Shown here one piece after another: positions 56,414 to 64,000 of a stretch of DNA of 64,000 bases. This DNA comes from a bacterium (lineage in GTDB: Bacteria > Patescibacteriota > Minisyncoccia > Phycocordibacterales > UBA5272). The stretch is taken from contig JAHFMX010000001.1 of assembly GCA_023267635.1 (NCBI GenBank), forward strand, positions 3,800 through 67,799, in the 5' to 3' direction. The position numbers and the translations under genes are program-made. Below the pieces are notes generated by a model. The model was given only the letters and a program-made list of their open reading frames with translations, was not told the DNA's origin and ran no database searches. Numbering within the stretch: the stretch's first letter is position 1; every line of letters begins with the position of its first letter.

Positions 56414-56423
56414 TTATAATTCT

Positions 56424-57041
56424 ATGAAACAAAAATTGAAATTATACTTCGCTCCTAGTGCTTGCTCCCTTGCTCCCCATATCGCTCTTCGCGAGGCGGT
56501 CATGGAATTTAATTTAGAGAAAGTTGATATTCGTGCAGGTAAGACTGCCTCGGGGGAAAACTATGGAGATATAAATCCTCTGGGGTATGTTCCCGCACTT
56601 CAGTTACCGGATGGTTCCATTCTTACTGAAGCCGTTGCGATTTTACTCTACATAGCCGACCAGAAACCTGAAATAGGTCTTGCGCCAGAGCCGAAAACTG
56701 CTACTAGGTATCAACTGTATCGTTGGCTTACATTTATATCATCAGAGATACATAAAGGATTTGGCCCTCTTTTCAACCCCGCGCTACCGGAAGAACAGAA
56801 AAACATGACGATTGAACGGCTCAAAAAACGCTTTGCTTTCATAGACAAGTATTTAGAGGGGCGTACGTGGCTTGTCGGTGATTCGTTTACTATTGCTGAC
56901 ATCTACATGTTCGTTTGTCTTAGTTGGACAAATCATATGCAGATAGATTTAAGCCCATGGAAAAATATACAATCATTCCTTACGCGCGTGGGAGAAAGGT
57001 CGGCAGTTAGAGAAGCGTTAGCGGCTGAACAACAACCATAA
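56424..57041 (+). CDS. Glutathione S-transferase
   Basis: N-terminal thioredoxin-like GST domain (LYFAPSACSLAPHIAL...LGYVPAL..DG..LTEAVAILLYIAD) and C-terminal GST helical domain. Confidence 0.75.
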   Translation: MKQKLKLYFAPSACSLAPHIALREAVMEFNLEKVDIRAGKTASGENYGDINPLGYVPALQLPDGSILTEAVAILLYIADQKPEIGLAPEPKTATRYQLYRWLTFISSEIHKGFGPLFNPALPEEQKNMTIERLKKRFAFIDKYLEGRTWLVGDSFTIADIYMFVCLSWTNHMQIDLSPWKNIQSFLTRVGERSAVREALAAEQQP

Positions 57042-57337
57042 TGTATTGGTATCTTCTTATAGGATTTCTGCTCGGCAACGGCATGCCACATTTTTTGTTC
57101 GGTTCTGCCGGCAAGATATTCAGGACGCCGTTTGGCAAAGAGTCCAGTCCTCGCTTGAATGTCGGTTGGGGTTTGTTTAACTTTATTCTGGCTACTTTAC
57201 TTGTCTGGTGGAGAGTATCTGCACAATCACCGGAAATATCCGACCTTGTTTTTCTTCTTGTCGGATTCTGGCTTGTGGTAATTATGTTCGGCGTCTCACT
57301 CCGTATGTTCATAAGTAATAAAACAAATGCAAATTAA
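57041..57337 (+). CDS. Small membrane protein (hypothetical)
   Basis: 98 aa, three hydrophobic helices. Confidence 0.3.
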   Translation: MYWYLLIGFLLGNGMPHFLFGSAGKIFRTPFGKESSPRLNVGWGLFNFILATLLVWWRVSAQSPEISDLVFLLVGFWLVVIMFGVSLRMFISNKTNAN

Positions 57338-57776
57338 AGAACTTGGACATGTCGTTTTATATGTAAGAAACCTTAAACAGTCGGCTGATTTTTATCGTGA
57401 TATATTAGGGTTTAAAGAATTATTTAGAGAAGGACCTACCGCCGCTTTTTCCTCGGGACGAACACATCATGAGCTTTTGCTTATCGAGGTTGGTGGAAAT
57501 CTAGAAACAGATACACAGGTTAGCCCCGGCCTGTACCATATTGGCTTTAAGATGGGTGACGGGCATGAGGCGATAGAAGAGGTCTGGAAAGAACTCAAGG
57601 AAAAAGAAGTTACCATCGTTGGCACGGGCGACCATACTATCACCCACAGTATTTACATTCTTGATCCGGATGGAAACGAGCTTGAGCTGTATGCAGATAT
57701 GGGTGATGAATGGAAAAAGAATCCTCAAGCTATAATGTCAAAAACAAAACCCCTTCATTTAAGAAACCATAATTAG
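57327..57776 (+). CDS. VOC family protein (glyoxalase/bleomycin-resistance/dioxygenase fold)
   Basis: LGHVVLYVRNLKQSADFYRDILGF and HIGFKM... metal-ligand motifs. Confidence 0.7.
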   Translation: MQIKELGHVVLYVRNLKQSADFYRDILGFKELFREGPTAAFSSGRTHHELLLIEVGGNLETDTQVSPGLYHIGFKMGDGHEAIEEVWKELKEKEVTIVGTGDHTITHSIYILDPDGNELELYADMGDEWKKNPQAIMSKTKPLHLRNHN

Positions 57777-57783
57777 AATTAAT

Positions 57784-59898
57784 ATGGAAAAAACACAAAA
57801 TCACAGCACACATTCATATAACTGCCCGATGCATCCAGAAATCGTGCAGGACAAGCCGGGCATGTGTCCGGAATGCGGCATGAATCTTGTGCCTACCAAA
57901 GCACCGGCAAAAAAGAATGAGCACATTGACCATGACAAACATGCCGGCCATAAAACGTCTTCTTTTCTGATGAAGTTTTGGATTTCGCTTGTTTTCACCA
58001 TCCCGATATTTTTCTACTCCGAAATGGCGATGATGGTGTTTGGCATTCGGGGACCGGAATTTCCCGGCTGGCAATATGCGCTCCTCGCGCTCGGCACCGT
58101 TGTCTATTTCTATTGCGGATGGATATTCCTCGTGGGCGCGTATCGCGAGCTTCGAGCGCGACTTCCCGGCATGATGACGCTTATCGCCATCGCCATCACC
58201 GCCGCGTATGCGTACAGTCTGTTCTCACTGTTGTTGGGCGACATACAGGAACTTATCTTCGAGCTCGCATCTCTTATCACCATCATGCTTCTTGGCCATT
58301 GGATCGAGATGCGGTCAGTGCAAGGCGCGCAAGGCGCATTAAAAGAATTGGCAAAACTCATGCCGGATCAGGCAGAGGTTATTCGAGGTGATAAGACCGA
58401 GATTGTCCCATTAAGCGAACTTAAAGTTGGTGATGTCGTATTAATCAAACCCGGAGCAAAAGTTCCAGCTGACGGAAAAATTATAGATGGTCTTTCGGAG
58501 ATGAATGAGTCTATCATTACAGGCGAATCTAAGCCAGTAGAAAAATCAAAAGGAGACATGGTCATTGCCGGTTCTATCAATGGCGATGGCAGTCTCAAAG
58601 TAGAAATAGAAAAGATCGGCGAGAGTACCTTTCTTGCCGGTATCATGCGACTCGTCGCGGACGCGCAGGCTTCCAAGTCGCGCCTACAGATGCTCTCCGA
58701 TCGAGCCGCGCTGTATTTGACGTTCATCGCTATAGTCGGTGGTGGGATAACCTTTGTCGCATGGCTCATTGCGGGGGGAGGCATCATAACCGCTACCGAG
58801 CGGTTAGTGGCTGTGCTCATCATTACCTGTCCCCACGCACTCGGTCTCGCTGTTCCTCTGGTGGCATCGATCTCAACAACAATGGCGGCGCGCAATGGTC
58901 TATTGGTTCGTCAGCGCATGGCGCTTGAGTCGGCACGAAATATAAATATAGTCCTCTTTGATAAAACCGGCACTCTTACAAAGGGAGAGTTCGGCGTGGA
59001 CACTATTGTTGTAAGTGAGGGCGTGACCGAGAACGAGATTCTTAAGACAGCCGCATCGGTCAACAGTCATTCAGAGCACCCGTTGGCAAAGGCCACGGTT
59101 AAAGAAGCAGAGAAAAGAAAGGTTGCGCTTCTAGATGTCAAAGACTTTACCCGTGTTGCTGGCAAGGGAGCAAAAGGTCAAATTGAAAATAGTGAGGTCT
59201 ATGTCGGCAACGACGACTTTCTTAAGGAGAACAACATCAAACCCTCATTTGAATATAAAAATAAAATAGATGCGCTCTCCAAGCAAGGCAAAACCGTCAT
59301 CCACGTCGTCGTTGATAAAAAACTTATAGGAAGCATGGCCCTTGTTGATGTTATCCGAGAAGAATCACGAGAAGCGATCAAAACACTCAAAGCACACGGT
59401 GTTAAAACTGCCATGATCACCGGCGATTCCGAAGACGTTGCCACATGGGTATCAAAGGAACTCGGTATTGACGAGTATTTCGCCAAGGTCATGCCGGACC
59501 AGAAGGCCGAGAAAGTTAAACTGCTTCAGAGTAAAGGTCAAAAGGTTGCAATGGTTGGCGATGGCATTAATGACGCACCGGCTCTTACTCAAGCTGATCT
59601 CGGCATTGCCATTGGTGCGGGTACAAACGTGGCCATTGAATCGGCTGGTATTATCCTTGTGAGGAATGATCCGCGCGATATTCCGAAGATATTTAATCTC
59701 TCCCGCCTTACCTACAACAAGATGATCCAGAATCTTTTCTGGGCGACTGGCTATAACGTCGTCGCCATTCCGCTTGCGGCCGGAGTCTTAGCTTCTAAGG
59801 GCATCATCCTTCAGTCATGGCTCGCGGCGGTATTTATGTCGGTCAGTACCGTAATTGTCGCATTTAATGCGGTGCTTTTGAGAAGGCAAAAAATTTAA
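57784..59898 (+). CDS. Heavy-metal translocating P1B-type ATPase (CPH-type, copper-exporter-like) with N-terminal Cys-rich metal-binding domain
   Basis: CPH transmembrane motif (IITCPHALGLAVPL), DKTGTLT phosphorylation site, GDGINDAPAL hinge, N-terminal YNCPMHPEI...CPECGM. Confidence 0.85.
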   Translation: MEKTQNHSTHSYNCPMHPEIVQDKPGMCPECGMNLVPTKAPAKKNEHIDHDKHAGHKTSSFLMKFWISLVFTIPIFFYSEMAMMVFGIRGPEFPGWQYALLALGTVVYFYCGWIFLVGAYRELRARLPGMMTLIAIAITAAYAYSLFSLLLGDIQELIFELASLITIMLLGHWIEMRSVQGAQGALKELAKLMPDQAEVIRGDKTEIVPLSELKVGDVVLIKPGAKVPADGKIIDGLSEMNESIITGESKPVEKSKGDMVIAGSINGDGSLKVEIEKIGESTFLAGIMRLVADAQASKSRLQMLSDRAALYLTFIAIVGGGITFVAWLIAGGGIITATERLVAVLIITCPHALGLAVPLVASISTTMAARNGLLVRQRMALESARNINIVLFDKTGTLTKGEFGVDTIVVSEGVTENEILKTAASVNSHSEHPLAKATVKEAEKRKVALLDVKDFTRVAGKGAKGQIENSEVYVGNDDFLKENNIKPSFEYKNKIDALSKQGKTVIHVVVDKKLIGSMALVDVIREESREAIKTLKAHGVKTAMITGDSEDVATWVSKELGIDEYFAKVMPDQKAEKVKLLQSKGQKVAMVGDGINDAPALTQADLGIAIGAGTNVAIESAGIILVRNDPRDIPKIFNLSRLTYNKMIQNLFWATGYNVVAIPLAAGVLASKGIILQSWLAAVFMSVSTVIVAFNAVLLRRQKI

Positions 59899-59920
59899 TA
59901 TAATTTAACTAAAAACTAAT

Positions 59921-60304
59921 ATGGAAATACAAAACAAATACATTCCCGGGGTCTGTAATATAGGCGACGAGGAAATTAAAATGCGGAAACGATCGGGCTG
60001 GGGCGGTTTGATTGCCACGATAATTCTTTGGGGGATTTTCGTTTGGTTCAATATCCCACCAATATGGCGACTCACGCTTTTCTTTCCCACCATGATGTCG
60101 GCAACTGGTTTTCTGCAGGCATACATGCATTTCTGTGCTTACTTTGGCTTTGCATCACTGTTTAATTTTGGACCGAATGTTGGCAATACAGATAGCATAT
60201 CGCAAGCTGAATTCCGCGCAATGGACAAAAGAAAAGCTTGGCAGATTGTTACCTATTCTATTCTTATTGGTTTGGCAGTGGCTTTTCTCGCCTACATTTT
60301 TTAA
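59921..60304 (+). CDS. Small membrane protein (hypothetical)
   Basis: 127 aa, four hydrophobic helices. Confidence 0.3.
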   Translation: MEIQNKYIPGVCNIGDEEIKMRKRSGWGGLIATIILWGIFVWFNIPPIWRLTLFFPTMMSATGFLQAYMHFCAYFGFASLFNFGPNVGNTDSISQAEFRAMDKRKAWQIVTYSILIGLAVAFLAYIF

Positions 60305-60686
60305 TCTACAGATATTTTCGCACATGATTTTTGGGTGGGTCCGCATATAAAGCAGTTAATAAGAAAGCCGAAAAGCAATTTAATATAAAAATGGTCGCAT
60401 TTTGGGGAATATTTCACGATCTTTTTGCGTTAACCATTCCTTTTGTTTGACACTTTTGGAATATTTTTTTTGACGGCATGAGTTTAGCCGACATTCCCAG
60501 GTCTGACGCAATTGAATCTGCGCCACAGGAAACTTTGCCGATTTTTCATCTTACTTCAATGCTTTATACCGTGAGCCATAGCGCGATCGTGCTCCTTGTA
60601 AAATAAGTTTTTTTAAGTTGCTGAGTGAAGTACCGTTGGTAGGGTGATTGTCCAAATATATGATTAATTCATAATTTTTAAAGTCA

Positions 60687-62006
60687 TCACGAAATAGTGA
60701 TGACTTTGTTTTTTAGTGTGATTTTAGAATTTAAACATCTTAAGAATTCTCTTTTTTCTTCTGTACTTCCTTCAACTAAAATAAACTTTGCATAATTTCG
60801 TATATCAATATCTTTTACTGCTACTTGAACTTTAGTACCAAGTAGCATTTGTTGAAAAAGTTTAAATCTCCTTACTTCATTTGTAATTCTTTCTTTCATT
60901 GGAACCACTTGAATATTGAGATCATCAATGAGGTCTTTAAGTTGTTCCACTAGGTCTTCTTCATTGATAAATCCACAAGCGCAATTCTGATCTCTAGTTC
61001 TTGTGCATTTATAGTAGACATATCTATGAACATTACCATTCTGCTGATGTTTAAACTTTTCATCTGCTGTAATTCCTGAGCCACATAATCCACATATCAT
61101 GATTCTTGTAAAAGCAAATTCTTTTTGTTCTGATTTTGGTTCAAATATTTGACTCTTTATTTTCTCTTGCACTAAATCAAAGAGTTCTTTTGTGATGATT
61201 GGAGTATGTGATCCGTTATACCAATTTCCTGAGCTTTTAGGGAACTCAAATCTTCCATAGTAGAAGTGATTTTGTAGTAACCGATAGAAATTACCTAAAC
61301 TTAAATGTATATTGTTCTCGGTCTTAAAATCTTTATCATCTTTAAGCCAACCCCATACCTTTCTACCAGACCACCCATCATAGCCAACTTTTTCAAACAT
61401 CTGTTTAATAAGAGGTGCTCTATCTTTGTCTATAATAGACTCACACTTTTGATCCATTCTTTTAAACTTCGTATATCCAGTAGGAGGACGACATGGCCAT
61501 AATCCCATTTCAACTCTTGCTCTTAAACCTCTCTTAACATTGATACTCTTATTATCATTCTCTAACTTTGCCTGAGAACACAAAATCATTAACAAGAACT
61601 TTTCATTAGGTGAGTTAGAAAAAGTTTGTCCATATGTTTGTATGTGTATTAATTTTCTTTGATCCATTAAATCAACTAAACTACCTAAATCTCCAGCGTT
61701 ACGACTTAATCTATCAGGTGCCCACGTTAGTACTCCATTAAACTTTCCTTGGTCTATATCTTGTAATAGCTGTTTATATACTGGTCGCTGTCCTGAAGCT
61801 TTAGCGCTATGTGATTCTCGTTTAACTTCTACTACATACAGTCCTAAACGCTCTGCTATTGCCTGCATTTCTTTGATCTGTGAATCTATCGACAGTGCTT
61901 GCATTTCATCTGACTCAGTCGATTTTCTGGCATATAAGCAATATTTAACTCTTACTTCTGATAAAGTTACAGTACTATGTATCTTTCCAATTGTTCTTGT
62001 TTCCAT
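60687..62006 (-). CDS. Large serine recombinase (paralog of 39799..41082)
   Basis: KYCLYARKSTE, SIDSQIKEM, TWAPDRLSRNAGDLG, CGLCGSG zinc ribbon; 439 aa. Many identical blocks with the 39.8-kb copy, and the same upstream palindrome. Confidence 0.85.
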   Translation of the reverse strand: METRTIGKIHSTVTLSEVRVKYCLYARKSTESDEMQALSIDSQIKEMQAIAERLGLYVVEVKRESHSAKASGQRPVYKQLLQDIDQGKFNGVLTWAPDRLSRNAGDLGSLVDLMDQRKLIHIQTYGQTFSNSPNEKFLLMILCSQAKLENDNKSINVKRGLRARVEMGLWPCRPPTGYTKFKRMDQKCESIIDKDRAPLIKQMFEKVGYDGWSGRKVWGWLKDDKDFKTENNIHLSLGNFYRLLQNHFYYGRFEFPKSSGNWYNGSHTPIITKELFDLVQEKIKSQIFEPKSEQKEFAFTRIMICGLCGSGITADEKFKHQQNGNVHRYVYYKCTRTRDQNCACGFINEEDLVEQLKDLIDDLNIQVVPMKERITNEVRRFKLFQQMLLGTKVQVAVKDIDIRNYAKFILVEGSTEEKREFLRCLNSKITLKNKVITIS

Positions 62007-62274
62007 ATTATATTAATGACAGAGATCACTAGTCTTGCTAAGTCTATGCAGAACTAAAAAAGACGACATTATGAGAAGAATTATTGTCTACAAAAATGCC
62101 TTAGCAAAAGAGGTTATTTGCGATATAATCAATAGATTAATACAAGAGTATTAAGTGGAAAAATTTGCAGTAGCCTAGCCCTTTAAGCAATTAAAGATAT
62201 GGTGGAAAAGTCCTATCAGATCAAAAACCCCATCATGTGGGCTTTGCTCTGATAGGCCATATCTGGAAACGGAT

Positions 62275-63108
62275 ATGAAGGTCGTAAGACCTTACTCACG
62301 TGGTGGGATTTTTGCTACCCAACGAGAGATTACTAAGTCCTATCAGACATATATGAACCAATCAGTATCTCCTTTCGGAGATCATTTTAAATATTTAGTA
62401 GAAGAACGAATCAAAAACTTTTGGGGCTACGGTAACCTTAAAAGTGATATATGGTTTGTCGGAATGGAAGAAGGTCATAGTGGAGATATTGAAAGTTTAG
62501 TCAAAAGACTAGAAGCTACGAAAGATAAAGAGATGTTAGATATTTATGATGATATGAAGCATGATGTTGCTCATATGAAATGGTTTGAAGAAGGAGCAAA
62601 AACTCAAGCAACATATCGTCGATTAATTTACATATTACTCTATCTTAAGAATAAGGTAGAGCCAACAATAGAAGAGATACGACAATTTCAAATAAAAGAA
62701 TTTGGTAGAAAAACATCAAATCATACAGCATTAGAATTAATGCCACTTCCTGCAAAATCTATTAATGCTAAAGATTGGGTATACAAGGAAGCAAATGTTG
62801 AAGGACTACATACTCGAAAAGAATACTTAGCGACATATAGACCAAAACGAATAGCACGATTACGTGAATTAATTTCTAAGCATAAACCAAAGATTGTTAT
62901 TTTCTATTCCAGAGTATATTTACCAGAATGGAGAGAAACGATACCTGTACCTTTAGAAGAAATTAAGGATACTAAACTTCACATAGCAAAAGACCACAAC
63001 ACGTTATATGTTGTAGTCCCTCACTCAACCTCTTACGGCATATCACTTAGTGATTGGAAGAAGATTGCAGAAACCTTACTTAGTCACCATACTCATCGTC
63101 GTCATTAA
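62275..63108 (+). CDS. Hypothetical protein
   Basis: 277 aa, no motif recognised. Confidence 0.3.
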   Translation: MKVVRPYSRGGIFATQREITKSYQTYMNQSVSPFGDHFKYLVEERIKNFWGYGNLKSDIWFVGMEEGHSGDIESLVKRLEATKDKEMLDIYDDMKHDVAHMKWFEEGAKTQATYRRLIYILLYLKNKVEPTIEEIRQFQIKEFGRKTSNHTALELMPLPAKSINAKDWVYKEANVEGLHTRKEYLATYRPKRIARLRELISKHKPKIVIFYSRVYLPEWRETIPVPLEEIKDTKLHIAKDHNTLYVVVPHSTSYGISLSDWKKIAETLLSHHTHRRH

Positions 63109-63490
63109 TTTCACCGACTTGATCAGACGGCATATTTAATGGATCAATAGTATCGATAGTAATTGAAGTAATTGGTACAAATGGTTTCTTCCAAAAATCT
63201 TTTGGTCGTGGTCGCATGTACTCTTTTTTATGATTATCAAGATAATACTGGATAGCACGTAGACTTCCATTATTGATATGAGATACAAGCTTACTCTCTG
63301 CAAGATCTATAATGGACTCCACCCCACATGAAAGGGCAAGGTTAACACTTTCTTGAAACTCTTTGTCTTCCTTACACCAACGATAGATTGTATTCCTCGC
63401 TAATCCTACTTTCTCGCAGGCGACGGAAATATTTGGAACGGTGTTAAGTTGTTCAAGAAATGCTTGTACCTTTTTATCCTTTTTTGCCAT
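63080..63490 (-). CDS. Helix-turn-helix protein, phage terminase small subunit-like (paralog of 49993..50490)
   Basis: ISVACEKVGLARNTIYRWCKED HTH; same gene order as the 50-kb module. Confidence 0.45.
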   Translation of the reverse strand: MAKKDKKVQAFLEQLNTVPNISVACEKVGLARNTIYRWCKEDKEFQESVNLALSCGVESIIDLAESKLVSHINNGSLRAIQYYLDNHKKEYMRPRPKDFWKKPFVPITSITIDTIDPLNMPSDQVGEINDDDEYGD

Positions 63491-64000
63491 TTTGGATAAC
63501 CTTTGCTTTTTTGCCTGTTAACGTTTCATAGCGACGTATTGTTAGATCGCAAAATCTCGGCTCGATCTCTACCGCATACACCTTACGCTTGAGCTTTATT
63601 CCAGCCATGATAGTACTTCCTGAACCAGAGAAACTGTCGAGAATGATGTCGTTCATTCTTGTGCAACGACGGATCGCTTTCTCGTACACTTCGGGGGGCT
63701 TCATAGTGCTATGCTCGTACAGATTTGATGGAAGACGTTTTTCCATCCATACAGTGAGGTGATCGTGTGCTTGTTGTAATAATTCATTACCTGTTGTCAT
63801 GTCGTCATTCATGACTTCGTTTAAGTCATTCACACCTTTTGTGATATATGGCTTATTACGAGTACCGTAGGTGCACGGTTCATAGCTTTTATTGAAAGCT
63901 ATCTTAGGTGTACAATTTTGGCTGTTTTTTAGCCAGAGACATACACGACGGTTAGTGATACCAAGTTCACGATAGAGTACTTGTATCTGCCAAATATACG
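63474..64000 (-). CDS. DNA methyltransferase (paralog of 50393..51739), 3' portion; the gene continues beyond the window end
   Basis: Motif I ILDSFSGSGSTIMAGIKLKRK. Hand translation upstream of the track's GTG start is stop-free to base 64000 and matches the paralog (WLKNSQN...YEP..YGTR...DLNEVMN). Confidence 0.6.
   Translation of the reverse strand, partial: YIWQIQVLYRELGITNRRVCLWLKNSQNCTPKIAFNKSYEPCTYGTRNKPYITKGVNDLNEVMNDDMTTGNELLQQAHDHLTVWMEKRLPSNLYEHSTMKPPEVYEKAIRRCTRMNDIILDSFSGSGSTIMAGIKLKRKVYAVEIEPRFCDLTIRRYETLTGKKAKVIQNGKKG

Noticed and set aside
57801-59662. Antisense/off-frame ORFs inside the P-type ATPase gene (57801..58001, 57814..58074, 57978..58391, 58110..58361, 58368..58895, 59199..59492, 59438..59662)
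   Set aside because: They are embedded in a well-supported 704-aa ATPase CDS in a locally GC-richer region; the translations are low-complexity.
1-64000. CRISPR array search
   Set aside because: No run of regularly spaced direct repeats was seen. The only multi-copy short sequences are the TR/VR pair, the recombinase-leader palindrome and inverted repeats.

Overview
The window is AT-rich (about one-third GC by eye), with weak Shine-Dalgarno sites and mostly small proteins; a Patescibacteria/CPR-like bacterium is an inference from composition only. Bases 1-19.2 kb form a conserved cell-envelope glycan cluster (acyltransferase-3, two methyltransferases, GtrA, Wzx flippase, WecB, four glycosyltransferases, O-antigen-ligase-like protein) plus housekeeping tsaD, rlmH and two membrane-anchored proteases. 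From about 19.2 kb to the window end the DNA is almost entirely accessory and sits at a tRNA-Val/tRNA-Glu integration hotspot. Element 1 (about 20.6-39.5 kb) has three tandem HEPN-like (Rx4HG) genes, a PD-(D/E)xK nuclease, a membrane-anchored UvrD helicase, a Type III R-M system, a primase-polymerase, and a large serine recombinase whose 3' end overlaps tRNA-Val(GAC). Element 2 (39.8-54.8 kb) has a second serine recombinase, a second Type III R-M, a complete diversity-generating retroelement (RT, Avd, TR, and VR at the C-terminus of a strikingly GC-rich target gene; 18 substitutions, all adenine-specific), a phage terminase/ParB-methylase packaging remnant, and an XRE/ImmA switch. A higher-GC metal/detox cassette follows (ArsR, FMN reductase, NmrA-like, GST, VOC, CPH-type P1B ATPase), then a third serine recombinase paralogous to the second, and a second terminase-small/methylase module running off the window. 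Several structured non-coding elements, terminators, one tRNA promoter, and small translationally coupled ORFs missing from the ORF track are also reported. All functional calls rest on motif recognition by eye; no searches were run.
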